From contig NC_079170.1 of the NCBI RefSeq assembly GCF_947568905.1, positions 4,402,001 to 4,466,000 on the forward strand: a DNA stretch of 64,000 bases, written 5' to 3'. How positions within the stretch are numbered: position 1 is the first letter of the stretch; every line of letters starts with the position of its first letter. Origin of the DNA: Ostrea edulis (lineage: Eukaryota). Shown here piece after piece: positions 1-13,498 of this stretch. The translations under genes were made by a program, and so were the position numbers. The notes beneath the pieces are model-generated. The model worked only from the letters and a program-made list of their open reading frames with translations, ran no database searches and was not told where the DNA came from.

Positions 1-3000
1 CATATACACTTGTTTATATTCATGTTGTACACATATACACTTGTTTATATTTATGTTGTACATATACACTTGTTTATATTCATGTTGTACACATACACAC
101 TTGTTTATATTCATGTTGTACACATATACACTTGTTTATATTCATGTTGTACACATATACACTTGTTTATATTCATGTTGTACATACACACTTGTTTATA
201 TTCATGTTGTACACATACATACTTGTTTATATTCATGTGGTACACATATACACTTGTTTATATTCATGTTGTACACATACACACTTCTTTATATTCATGT
301 GGTACACATATACACTTGTTTATATTCATGTTGTACACATACACTTGTTTATATTCATGTTGTACACATATACAATTGTTTATATTCATGTTGTACACAT
401 ACATACTTGTTTATGTTCATGTGGTACACATATACAATTGTTTATATTCATGTTGTACAAATACACTTGTTTATATTTATGTTGTACACATACATACTTG
501 TTTATATTCATGTGGTACACATATACAATTGTTTATATTCATGTTGTACAAATACACTTGTTTATATTCATGTGGTACACATACATACTTGTTTATATTC
601 ATGTGGTACACATATACAATTGTTTATATTCATGTTGTTCACATACACACTTGCTTATATTCATGTTGTACACATATACACTTGTTTATATTCATGTTGT
701 ACACATACACACTTGTTTATATTCATGTTGGACACATACACACTTGTTTATATTCATGTTGTACACATACATACTTGTTTATATTCATGTGGTACACATA
801 TACACTTGTTTATATTCATGTTGTACACATACACACTTCTTTATATTCATGTGGTACACATATACACTTGTTTATATTCATGTTGTACACATACACACTT
901 GTTTATATTCATGTTGTACACATATACACTTGTTTATATTCATGTTGTACACATACACACTTGTTTATATTCATGTTGTACACATATACACTTGTTTATA
1001 TTCATGTTGTACACATATACACTTGTTTATATTCATGTTGTACACATACATACTTGTTTATATTCATGTTGTACACATACACACTTGTTTATATTCATGT
1101 TGTACACATATACACTTGTTTATATTCATGTTGTACACATATACACTTGTTTATATTCATGTTGTACACATACATACTTGTTTATATTCATGTTGTACAC
1201 ATACACACTTGTTTATATTCATGTTGTACACATATACACTTGTTTATATTCATGTTGTACACATACATACTTGTTTATATTCATGTTGTACACATATACA
1301 CTTGCTTATATTCATGTTGTACACATATACACTTGTTTATATTCATGTTGTACACATACATACTTGTTTATATTCATGTTGTACACATATACACTTGTTT
1401 ATGTTCATGTTGTACACATACATACTTGTTTATATTCATGTTGTACACATATACACTTGTTTATATTCATGTTGTACACATATACACTTGTTTATATTCA
1501 TGTTGTACACATATACACTATTTATATTCATGTGGTACACATATACACTTGTTTATATTCATGTTGTACACATACATACTTGTTTATATTCATGTTGTAC
1601 ACATACACACTTGTTTATATTCATGTTGTACACATACACACTTGTTTATATTCATGTTGTACACATATACACTTGTTTATATTCATGTTGTACACATACA
1701 TACTTGTTTATATTCATGTTGTACACATATACTCTTGTTTATATTCATGTTGTACACATACATACTTGTTTATGTTCATGTTGTACACATACATACTTGT
1801 TTATATTCATGTTGTACACATATACACTTGTTTATATTCATGTTGTACACATATACACTTGTTTATATTCATGTTGTACACATATACACTATTTATATTC
1901 ATGTGGTACACATATACACTTGTTTATATTCATGTTGTACACATACATACTTGTTTATATTCATGTTGTACACATACACACTTGTTTATATTCATGTTGT
2001 ACACATACACACTTGTTTATATTCATGTTGTACACATATACACTTGTTTATATTCATGTTGTACACATACATACTTGTTTATATTCATGTTGTACACATA
2101 TACTCTTGTTTATATTCATGTTGTACACATATACACTTGTTTATATTCATGTTGTACACATATACACTTGTTTATATTCATGTTGTAAACATACACTTGT
2201 TTATATTCATGTTGTACACATATACACTTGTTTATATTCATGTTGTACAAATATACACTTATTTATATTCATGTTGTACACATATACACTTGTTTATATT
2301 CATGTTGTACACATACGTACTTGTTTATATTCATGTTGTACACATATACACTTGTTTATATTCATGTTGTACACATACATACTTGTTTATATTCATGTTG
2401 TACACATATACACTTGTTTATATTCATGTTGTACACATATACACTTTTTTATATTCATGTTGTACACATATACACTTGTTTATATTCATGTTGTACATAT
2501 ATACACTTGTTTATATTCATGTTGTACACATATACACTTGTTTATATTCATGTTGTACACATACACTTGTTTATATTCATGTTATACACATATACACTTG
2601 TTTATATTCATGTTGTACACATACACTTGTTTATATTCATGTTATACACATATACACTTGTTTATATTCATGTGGTACATATACACTTGTTTATATTCAT
2701 GTACACATATACACTTGTTTATATTCATGTACACATATACACTTGTTTATATTCATGTTGTACACATATATACTTGTTTATATTCATGTACACATATACA
2801 CTTGTTTATATTCATGTTGTACACATATATACTTGTTTATATTCATGTACACATATACACTTGTTTATATTCATGTTGTACACATATACACTTGTTTATA
2901 TTCATGTTGTACACATATACACTTGTTTATATTCATGTTGTACATATACACTTGTTTATATTCATGTTGTACACATACACTTGTTTATATTCATGTTGTA

Positions 3001-3017
3001 CACATATACAATTGTTT
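1..3017. repeat. 31-bp tandem satellite, array 1 (open at window start)
   Basis: Unit CATATACACTTGTTTATATTCATGTTGTACA repeated, with 28-30-bp variants. The + strand has no stop codon in any frame, which explains the 700-1000 aa spurious ORFs. Confidence 0.98.
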
Positions 3018-3809
3018 ATACCGAGCGAAGCTCGGACGGGCCGAAGGCCCGTCCGCGAAGCAAGGCTCTAAAGGTAACACGTATGTAAAAGAAAAAAGTC
3101 AAAATCAGCAAAAGAAAAAGAGATAATCTCTATATACGTTCACTGAAATTTTCGTGATCCATATGGGCGCCGCCATTTATTTTTTCATTACCTGCTTCAA
3201 CAGTTATTCGTGTTTTATTTTGAATGCCAATAATAGAAAACTCTGACGTGCAATTCGTAATTTAAACACTCAGTTTTTTCAAAGTGAATAGTATAATTAT
3301 CATTGTAACAGGTTTTAGCAAATAAATACATATAAAACCATAATACGACTAAATAGATGAACGAGTTTATGAGTTTCTTTGAATAAGAATATACGATAAA
3401 ATTACGGTTACTTTTTTACAATTTTGAATTCATTGGTTAATTTTATTTAGTTTTAACGGCCTTTTTCATTGCATACGCATTGTATTATTGTTGTTTATAA
3501 TTGTTTGCTTTGAAAACGAGAAAAAAGTCGAGGCTAAATGTGACGTCACGATGCTCTGTTTACGTCGCCTTGCGTTTTATTTCCCGCGTTCAATGAATAG
3601 GCGGATCCCGTAAAACTGTTGTCCCCATATAAACCCCTTTAATACTGAGATGTTACTGAGTGTTTAGCGCAAGGAAAATTTCATTCAAAATATATATTTT
3701 TAAATGAATCATAATCTACCGTACTTAACGGAATTATGATTACCACTTGCGACTCTCCAATGACCATTACATTCTTCGCTCGGTCCAACGGTCACACCGT
3801 ATACATATT
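3018..3809 (+). mobile_element. Non-autonomous Helentron-like element (HINE/DINE-1 type), copy 1
   Basis: 5' subTIR ACCGAGCGAAG (3020-3030) with hairpins CCGAGC-gaa-GCTCGG and GGACGGGCC-gaa-GGCCCGTCC. Complementary 3' subTIR CTTCGCTCGGT (3774-3784) followed by hairpin ACGGT-cac-ACCGT. No clear TSD. Confidence 0.8.
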
Positions 3810-3921
3810 AAGTAGTAAAACTTGACATGCTTATTTCAATGAGGATGGGGGAAATTAGAGAGTGATCAAGAAAGGATTTATTTCCTATAGATCAATTTGT
3901 AGTCAATGTTTCAACTTAGTA

Positions 3922-4710
3922 ATACCGAGCCAAGCTGGGACGGGCCGAAGGCCCGTCCGCGAAGCAAGGCTCTAAAGGTAACACGTATGTAAAAGAAAAA
4001 AGTCAAAATCAGCAAAAGAAAAAGAGATAATCTCTATATACGTTCACTGAAATTTTCGTGATCCATATGGGCGCCGCCATTTATTTTTTTATTACCTGCT
4101 TCAACAGTTATTCGTGTTTTATTTTGAATGCCAATACTAGAAGACTCTAACGTGCAATTCGTAATTTAAACACTCATTTTGTTCAAAGTGAATAGTATAA
4201 TTATCATTGTAACATGTTTTAGCAAATAAATACATATAAAACTGTAATACGACTAAATAGATGAACGAGTTCATGAGTTTCTTTGAATAAGAGTATACGA
4301 TAAAATTACGGTTACTTTTTTTACCATTTTGAATTTATTGGTTAATTTTGTTTAGTTTTAACAGCCTTTTTCATTGCATACGGAATGTATTATTGTTGTT
4401 TTTAATTATTTGCTTTGAAAAAGAGAAAAAAGTCGAGGCTAAATGTGACGTCACAATGCACAGTTTACGCCGCCTTGCGTTTTATTTCCCGCGTTCAATG
4501 AATAGGCGGATCATGTAAAACTGTTGTCCCCATATAAACTCCTTTAATATTGAGATGTTACTGGGTGTTTAGGGCAAGGAAATTTCATTCAAAATATATA
4601 TTTTTAAATCAATCATAATCTACCGTACTTAACGGAATTATGATTACCACTCGGGACACGGAGTTACGTACATGCTTCGCTCGGTCCAACGGTCACACCG
4701 TATACATATT
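3922..4710 (+). mobile_element. Non-autonomous Helentron-like element, copy 2
   Basis: Co-linear, diverged copy of 3018-3809 with the same termini (3' subTIR at 4675-4685 plus hairpin). Separated from copy 1 by a 112-bp unique spacer. Confidence 0.8.
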
Positions 4711-7227
4711 ATTCATGTTGTACACATATACACTTGTTTATATTCATGTTGTACACATATACACTTGTTTATATTCATGTTGTACATACACACTTGTTTA
4801 TATTCATGTTGTACACATATACACTTCTTTATATTCATGTTGTACACATACACTTGTTTATATTCATGTTTTACACATATACACTTGTTTATAATCATGT
4901 ACACATATACACTTGTTTATATTCATGTACACATATACACTTGTTTATATTCATGTTATACACATATACACTTGTTTATATTCATGTACACATATACACT
5001 TGTTTATATTCATGTTGTACACATATACACTTGTTTATATTCATGTACACATATACAATTGTATATATTCATGTTGTACACACATACAATTGTTTATATT
5101 CATGTTGTACATATACATTTGTTTATATTCATGTTGTACACATATACACTTGTTTATATTCATGTTGTACACATATACACTTGTTTATATTCATGTTGTA
5201 CACATATACACTTGTTTATATTCATGTTGTACACATATACAATTGTTTATTTTCATGTTGTACACATACACTTGTTTATATTCATGTTGTACACATATAC
5301 AATTGTTTATATTCATGTTGTACACATATACACTTGTTTATATTCATGTTGTACACATATACACTTGTTTATATTCATGTTGTACACATACACACTTGTT
5401 TATATTCATCTTGTACACATATACACTTGTTTATATTCATGTTGTACACATATACACTTGTTTATATTCATGTTGTACATATACACTTGTTTATATTCAT
5501 GTTGTACACATACGTACTTGTTTATATTCATGTTGTACACATACATACTTGTTTATATTCATGTTGTACATATATACACTTGTTTATATTCATGTTGTAC
5601 ACATATACACTTGTTTATATTCATGTTGTACAGATACATACTTGTTTATATTCATGTTGTACAGATACATACTTGTTTATATTCATGTTGTACACATATG
5701 CACTTGTTTATATTCATGTTGTACACATATACACTTGTTTATATTCATGTTGTACACATATACACTTGTTTATATTCATGTTGTACACATACACACTTGT
5801 TTATATTCATGTTGTACACATATACACTTGTTTATATTCATGTTGTACACATATACACTTGTTTATATTCATGTTGTACACATATACACTTGTTTATATT
5901 CATGTTGTACACATACATACTTGTTTATATTCATGTTGTACACATATACACTTGTTTATATTCATGTTGTACACATACACACTTGTTTATATTCATGTTG
6001 TACACATATACACTTGTTTATATTCATGTTGTACACATATACACTTGTTTATATTCATGTTGTACACATATACACTTGTTTATATTCATGTTGTACACAT
6101 ATACACTTGTTTATATTCATGTTGTACACATATACACTTGTTTATATTCATGTTATACATATACATACTTGTTTATATTCATGTTGTACATATACATACT
6201 TGTTTATATTCATGTTGTACATATATACACTTGTTTATATTCATGTTGTACACATATACACTTGTTTATATTCATGTTGTACACATATACACTTGTTTAT
6301 ATTCATGTTGTACACATATACACTTGTTTATATTCATGTTGTACACATATACACTTGTTTATATTCATGTTGTACACATACACACTTGTTTATATTCATG
6401 TTGTACATATACACTTGTTTATATTCATGTTGTACACATATACACTTGTTTATATTCATGTTGTACATATACACTTGTTTATATTCATGTTGTACACATA
6501 TACACTTGTTTATATTCATGTTGTACACATACACACTTGTTTATATTCATGTTGTACATATACACTTGTTTATATTCATGTTGTACATATACACTTGTTT
6601 ATATTCATGTTATACACATATACACTTGTTTATATTCATGTTGTACATATACACTTGTTTATATTCATGTTGTACACATATACACTTGTTTATATTCATG
6701 TTGTACACATATACACTTGTTTATATTCATGTTGTACATATACACTTGTTTATATTGGTGTTGTACACATATACACTTGTTTATATTCATGTTGTACATA
6801 TACACTTGTTTATATTCATGTTGTACACATATACACTTGTTTATATTCATGTTGTACACATACATACTTGTTTATATTCATGTTGTACACATATACACTT
6901 GTTTATATTCATGTTGTACACATATACACTTGTTTATATTCATGTTGTACACATACATACTTGTTTATATTCATGTTGTACATATATACACTTGTTTATA
7001 TTCATGTTGTACACATATACACTTGTTTATATTCATGTTGTACATATACACTTGTTTATATTCATGTTGTACACATATACACTTGTTTATATTCATGTTG
7101 TACACATATACACTTGTTTATATTCATGTTGTACACATATACACTTGTTTATATTCATGTTGTACACATATACAATTGTTTATATTCATGTTGTACACAT
7201 ACACACTTGTTTATATTCTTGTTGTAC
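4711..7227. repeat. 31-bp tandem satellite, array 2
   Basis: Same unit as array 1; resumes directly after HINE copy 2. Confidence 0.98.
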
Positions 7228-7607
7228 TAAAAAAGAACTTTAGATTATCTAGTTGGAAATATGGATGAATACGTGTACATATTGGGTGTACAATTGACAT
7301 GTTTATATCTTGCGGTGTTTGTGTAGTAGCATCTGTATTTGACGCACAAATCCAATGCATTTTCTTTGCTCTTCGTGTTGTGTGATATAGTTGTCGAAAT
7401 AATGAAACTTTGTCATATACAGTTAATTTATCTCAAGGGGTTAAACTCTGAAAAATTATATTTAATCTGAAATTTCATAAATGTATTCAACAGTTTTATA
7501 TGAAATAAACACATGTCGAAGTTTCATTGGCGAATGAATATTTAAATATTATATATTAAATGTCACAAAGGTCAACTCCATTGAAATATGAAAGAATGTT
7601 AAAGTCT

Positions 7608-7757
7608 NNNNNNNNNNNNNNNNNNNNNNNNNNNNNNNNNNNNNNNNNNNNNNNNNNNNNNNNNNNNNNNNNNNNNNNNNNNNNNNNNNNNNNNNNNNNN
7701 NNNNNNNNNNNNNNNNNNNNNNNNNNNNNNNNNNNNNNNNNNNNNNNNNNNNNNNNN
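7608..7757. other. Assembly gap (150 N)
   Basis: Run of N. Confidence 1.
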
Positions 7758-8895
7758 TGAATTCTTCGTGTTTCTGTTTAGGTGGTAGTTTTCATATACT
7801 GGTAACTGCGGTAAAGCAAACAACATGATAATTGTACATATTCGAACAGTGCGTGGCCGGGAAATCTAGCAGAGAGTGAAAAGTATACTAGTTTTTGTGC
7901 ATGAGATAAATACTAAATTAAGGCAATACCAACCACCCAACTCCATGATTCGGGGCAAACTACTGCATGGGAGGGGGTATTATACAATGTTTGCTTCATA
8001 TGGTGTTAAATTGCTACATGAATAAAGGATTCATTTGAGCATATAGCATGAATGGAAAAATTGACAATTCTCACATTCTGTTCATTCAGTAATAGTAATA
8101 ACGAACTGTACCTGTCATACTTTTGACTTTTGGTTGTTGTATTTTTTTTTATTTTTTTTTTTAGAAATATCAGTATTTCGTACACGCTTCACGAATGCCA
8201 TTTCGGAAGATTTTCGTTTCACTAACTTTCATTCTGAAATTGTAACATAATTAAACTAAGAATTGCTACGATAGTAAATGTTCATAATGCTTTATGATTA
8301 AAAGTATTCGTACCAAACACAGAGCGAGCGATTCGTGCTGAAAACGTGAGCAGTGTTTGTCTCTCAGAATGTATGCGTTCGATGCAGTGAGATGGTGTTC
8401 ATTGTCTAAAGTATAAATGTGACGTGTCATTTATGTCTGTTTAAAATCGAAACCTTTAGAAATGTTGGTGATTGAAATAGATTACAAAAACAAAAGCAGT
8501 TCAAAAAATATAGGTCTCCAGTTTTAAAATCTCGGAAGAAATCATGACTCACTTTAAGCAAAGAGGGATAACTTTCGTTCCAATTCTAATAATTTCGTTC
8601 CAGTTTGTACGATGTTAATTAGAATCTCAGCTGTCAATCAAGCACAGCAATACCTTATTCTGTAATCAGTTTACCAATGGTTTCATTGATTGAGAGTGTG
8701 TGTAATTTCCCTACTACATGTATATACATCAGATGTTTGTTAAACATTTCTGTCTCAAACCATGTATGACATTACCTACATTATATATAATTGGAGCGTA
8801 CCAAGAAAACTATGTGCTACCTGTATTTAGTTTTAAAATCTATAAAGAATTGCATTCCTATACATTTATTACTATTTACATAGATATTCGTTGTA

Positions 8896-9196
8896 ATGTA
8901 AAACTTAAAAATCGGAAATAACAATGACGTTTTAGAGCTACTATAGGCAAAAACAGTGTGCCAAAAGAGTGGAGTCAAATTCGTTGAAGGATAAGAGCTA
9001 TGCGTGAGGGAGATAATCCTTAATTTTGAAATGAATTTCTAAATGTTATAACAGCAATTAAATATACATCCGTATGTTCAAGCTAGTAACGAAGTACTTA
9101 GCTACTGGGCTGTAGAGACCCTCGGGGACTAACAGTTCACCATCAGAGGCCTCGACCCAGGGGTCATAATGTAAAACTTATACGGTACCAATTTAA
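8896..9196 (-). mobile_element. Retrozyme-family repeat fragment lacking the ribozyme core
   Basis: Reverse complement of the 13184-13853 monomer. The segment holding the hammerhead is deleted at one end and not reached at the other. Confidence 0.85.
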
Positions 9197-9602
9197 TGTA
9201 ATGTAATGACAATAGCCTCACACCACCCAATCTGTGAGAGGAAGTTTGTATGCCTGAGATCAGTGGAAGCCTTTCTCCTACTTAATGAGACACTCCTCTG
9301 TATACATGTCCATAACCATCCTGTTCTTTCTACCGGTGTATAACCATGATGAACAAACACCTGTCATTTATCTCTCGTTATATGTAAACATACGACTTTT
9401 GGAGGAATGACAATTTTCCCGATCCTTATCATTTCTTATTATCTATACATGTGTACATTTTTATAAACGTACCGAAGTAAGAAATCATGGCTGGACATTT
9501 TCAGTCATTAAGTGGATTTCTATCATACTTTTCGATATTAGCACGCCTCCATATAGCCAAGTCTTTTGACATCAAATTTGAAAAACTACTTCCTACTTTC
9601 AG

Positions 9603-10949
9603 GTGGTAACCACAACACTGCTCGTATTAGTAAGCTCTGGAGATAGAGAGGTTTCTGCCGATTGTCCTTTGCCGTTACCCTGCGAGTGTAATGGAAATCA
9701 ACAGATAGTATATTGTAGCAACAAAAACCTATCCTCACTCCCACCCATTCAAAAGTGTGAAGGACAATGGACGTTTTTTCTAGATGGTAATGGGATTGAG
9801 ACAATATCTGATCATTATTTTTATGGTGTCGCGGTCAATTTTCTTAGTTTAGAAAACAATGCGATTCACTTGATCGGTGAAAATGCTTTCAATGGGAGCG
9901 AGGACACATTAAATTATTTTCATCTTGAAAACAACAAACTGTCAGAGTTACCAGTCGCGATTGGAAAGCTTCGGCAATTAACTGCCATTTCTATTCAGGG
10001 GAATCCCCTGACTGATTTGTCAGAGAGTGTGGTGAAAAATTTATCCTCTTCCCTTCAGTTGATTAGTTTGGGGTCCAAGTCCATGACAAGATGGCCAAAG
10101 AACATGGACCTTCTCCCAAATTTATTTTCAATTGATTTATATGACGTACAATTTCCAGAGCTCCCCGACGATGCATTTTCCTTGTACCACAAGAATCTGA
10201 CATTTCTTAACTTTTACAATACTGGGTTAACAAAACTACCAACCTCCATCAATGACTGCAGGAAAATTTCTACGATGACATTTCAAAGAAATAAGAAATT
10301 GTCAGCTAATGCCATTACGGAATCTGTTACCCATGGTTTCCCCTACCTAACATCGATAACATTCCAGGACAACGGGTTAACAACTCTTCCATCCATCTTT
10401 TCAAAATCAAATCACATAGGAAGAATTTCTGTTGATAATGAGCCAATAGAATATCTTCGCGGTGACACCTTTCCGCCCCACTTGAGCAATTATTTGCACT
10501 ATCTGCCAATCAATGGCACACAACTTACCCACGTGCCTCCAGTTTTGTCAAACTTAGACTCCCTAACAAGCCTAGTCATCACCAGCAGCCAGATTTCTGA
10601 GATTCAATACGAGGATTGCAATAAACTGTTTAACATAGGAACACTTTTCCTGAGTTATAACCCGTTGTCTCAGATCTCTGAAAATGCGTTTCTTAACAAT
10701 AAACAACTTGGTTTCATAGTTTTGGATCACACCAATCTAACGTCAGTTCCAAAAGCACTTCTGAAAGCAGAGTCGCTACAAACTGTGGATATGACGTCAT
10801 GTCCGGTGGAATGCTCCTGCACGAATCTTGACTGGATGAAGTCGTGGAAGTCCATCCCTACATTTTATGGAACATGCATTAATCTGAATGGGACAAGTTT
10901 AATGAGCTACATACAGAAAGAAATTCCGCATTGCCCAGATAGCATTTAA
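9603..10949 (+). CDS. Secreted leucine-rich repeat protein, large terminal exon (start exon upstream, not located)
   Basis: 448-codon ORF: hydrophobic N-terminal remnant, LRRNT (CPLPCECNG..VYCSNKNLSSLP), many LxxLxLxxNxL repeats, LRRCT (CPVECSC..C), no TM segment. A splice acceptor TACTTTCAG ends at 9602, so the GTG is probably not the true start. Confidence 0.9.
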   Translation: MVTTTLLVLVSSGDREVSADCPLPLPCECNGNQQIVYCSNKNLSSLPPIQKCEGQWTFFLDGNGIETISDHYFYGVAVNFLSLENNAIHLIGENAFNGSEDTLNYFHLENNKLSELPVAIGKLRQLTAISIQGNPLTDLSESVVKNLSSSLQLISLGSKSMTRWPKNMDLLPNLFSIDLYDVQFPELPDDAFSLYHKNLTFLNFYNTGLTKLPTSINDCRKISTMTFQRNKKLSANAITESVTHGFPYLTSITFQDNGLTTLPSIFSKSNHIGRISVDNEPIEYLRGDTFPPHLSNYLHYLPINGTQLTHVPPVLSNLDSLTSLVITSSQISEIQYEDCNKLFNIGTLFLSYNPLSQISENAFLNNKQLGFIVLDHTNLTSVPKALLKAESLQTVDMTSCPVECSCTNLDWMKSWKSIPTFYGTCINLNGTSLMSYIQKEIPHCPDSI

Positions 10950-11182
10950 ATCTCTTTTATCATTTTCTACATAATTCGCAGGGAACTTTGTAATTTCCAA
11001 TGAATCTATAAAGAATGCGAGACAGAGAATTCTGGTACATGTTTTGAATGCATCCTCATCTACAAACTGTTCTTTACATTTCATGTACACTTATCAGATT
11101 TAGTATGTTATGCATTGTTTGAAATCTTTATCATGATATCGTATATATATATATATATGAAGAAGAGGCAATACTTAGAACT

Positions 11183-11398
11183 AGATAGCATGCCTAGGTG
11201 TCTAGTAAGAGGACAGACGAACCTATTTATATATGATTCATTATATATTACCCGATACAAAGTAGATTTAGAGTAGAGCATGCCTAGGTGTCTAGTAAGA
11301 GGACAGATGAACCTATTTATATATTATTCATTATATATTACCCGATACAAAGTAGATTTAGAGTAGAGCATGCCTAGGTGTCTAGTAAGAGGACAGAT
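11183..11398. repeat. 90-bp tandem repeat, about 2.4 copies
   Basis: AGCATGCCTAGGTGTCTAGTAAGAGGACAG recurs at 11187, 11277 and 11367. Confidence 0.9.
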
Positions 11399-11523
11399 GC
11401 ATTAATAAATCAGGTTTGAAATGATTTATCTGACAATTCTTTGACTTCTATCGATATTCTGGAGTTTAATCACCTACTTCCAGTCGTACTGAGTTTAGCC
11501 TTGTCTGATACACTATGTTTTAT

Positions 11524-11693
11524 ATGTAAAACTTATTCGGTACCAATTTTGATGCACCAGATGCGCATTTCGACAAATAATGTCTCTTCAGTGATGCTCA
11601 ACCGAAATGTTTGAAATCCGAAATAACTATGAAGCTTTAGAGCTAAATATAGCCAAAAACAGCGTGCCAAAAAAGTGGAGACAAATTCGTCCA
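11524..11693 (-). mobile_element. Retrozyme-family fragment with intact hammerhead
   Basis: Reverse complement of part of the 351-bp monomer; shares the AAGTTTTACAT terminus. Confidence 0.88.
11554..11597 (-). ncRNA. Minimal type I hammerhead ribozyme
   Basis: Minus strand reads GCATCA-CTGAAGA-GACA(ttatt)TGTC-GAAA-TGCGCA-TC-TGGTGC. Confidence 0.85.
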
Positions 11694-13454
11694 ATATCAT
11701 GTTTTGAAATAAATATAATATTAAGTAATTACTATAATGATGATATATTTTATTTTAGTTTTTATTATTTTCCTTCTTCTATTTTAGCGAAGTCAAACTA
11801 TTCATTATAACGACTATATACTTCGTGAGACGTCACTTTAAACAAGACTGTCAAGACTCCTGTAACATCAACGAATTTTTCAATACCTGCGCCGGTATAG
11901 AAGTTGATCATACGCCACACATGTTCTTGCATACCAAATAAATTAAGAAACATAAGTACCATATATAAATTTGATAAAGATGGCTGACAGTGTACCTAGC
12001 ACATTCACATCTGGATTTGAAAGTACATATTTTTAAATATAGATAATTGGTTTATTGGTAAGATGATAATTGCGATAGCTGTATTTTTCAAACCGTACCG
12101 ACATTTTTGATCAGCTTATGGTTTTTATGCTTTTTACCCCGTATTGGAAAGAGAGAAAACAAACAAGAGAAAACGAAAAATTTAAACATCCCCCCTGTCT
12201 CCATTTCTTTTATGAATGGATAAAGGATCTGTAAGTCAGATGTCCCTTTCAATAGGCCTCGGGTCGCTGTTTTCTATCAACATGCATGTTTAAATTTACA
12301 TCCTTGGTTATCTGCTATAGAAGGTTTTCAAGAAGAGGTTACTTCTGTGGTTCAGTAAAGAATTAGAACAAAAAGAAATATTTCTACTCATATTTTTATT
12401 CATTATCTCATTTGTGTTTATGTATTTTTGTTTTGGGTTCAGAGAGCCTCTTAAATTTTCTTCTTTATTGGAACAATTGTTTGAAAATGAAATGTTTCAC
12501 AAATTGTTAATTACTGGCCCCAGTTTGAAATTATGGTTATGAATTGTTGAAATAAATGAAATGTCACGAGAATGGAAAAAAAACAGGTTTCTATTGATGA
12601 CATAAACGTATGTTTTCGCCCATCTGATTAACGTTAGCTAATATCACGCATTGCTTTTAAAATATTAGATTTCTGCATTATTTTACGTATACATCCATGT
12701 TTTTATTTACACATTGAATGCGTTTTATGCTGTATATCCAACGCTATGTCTATTTTTGCCTTTTTTAAAAATCAATATTGGTTCTGAATAAAAATGATAT
12801 CCGCCTTTCCTCACCTGAAGTCCATGTCCTATCATTAATCGGCCCTGATGACATCTCAAAGAATCGACGTGACAGAAAGCAAGCGAAGGCTAGCATTATC
12901 CCGAGGTTTAGATAAATTATCTCTAATACGTGAAACAATTACAATCATTTCCTTTCACTGATCCGCGCCCGGTTTTTTTGTTTTTTGTTTTTTTTTTCCT
13001 TACATGGAAATTATATTAGACACAGTGTAATATTAGAAATGCGTTTTAATTACAAATATCTATGATCTAACATTTGTACCATCTAAAATATACAACAGCC
13101 GGGTAAAATATATTGTCTTCATATATATATACAATATCATGATAAAGATTTTAAACAATGTATAACATACTAAATCTGATATGCCCTGGGTCGAGGCCTC
13201 TGCTGGTGGACTGTTAGTCCCCGAGGGTCTCTACAGCCCAGTAGCTAAGTACTTCGTTACTAGCTTGAAAATACGGATGTATATTTAATTGCTGTTATAA
13301 AATTTAGAAATTCATTTCAAAATTAAGGATTATCTCCCTCATGCATAGCTCTTATCCTTGGACGAATTTGGCTCCACTTTTTTGGCACACTGTTTTTGGC
13401 TATATTTAGCTCTAAAACTTCATAGTTATTTCGGATTTCAAACATTTCGGTTGA

Positions 13455-13498
13455 GCATCACTGAAGAGACATAATTTGTCGAAATGCGCATCTGGTGC
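13455..13498 (+). ncRNA. Minimal type I hammerhead ribozyme
   Basis: Stem I GCATCA/TGGTGC, core CTGAAGA (13461-13467), stem II GACA/TGTC, GAAA (13481-13484), palindromic stem III TGCGCA. Predicted cleavage after C13492. Confidence 0.88.

Noticed and set aside
1-7227. CRISPR-like array (repeat length about 31 bp)
   Set aside because: Units are head-to-tail with no unique spacers, there are no cas genes, and the context is eukaryotic. The same applies to the 41-, 61-, 84- and 90-bp arrays.
10-7268. Very long ORFs (700-1038 aa) in all three + frames
   Set aside because: They are translations of a 31-bp satellite that lacks stop codons on one strand; the frames cycle through the same peptide and there is no gene structure.
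9487-9609. ATG at 9487 as the LRR gene start
   Set aside because: Out of frame with the LRR ORF and stops at about 9609; no suitable donor was identified.
12845-12879. CTGATGA...GAAA hammerhead candidate
   Set aside because: No closing stem II pair or supporting stems; likely chance.
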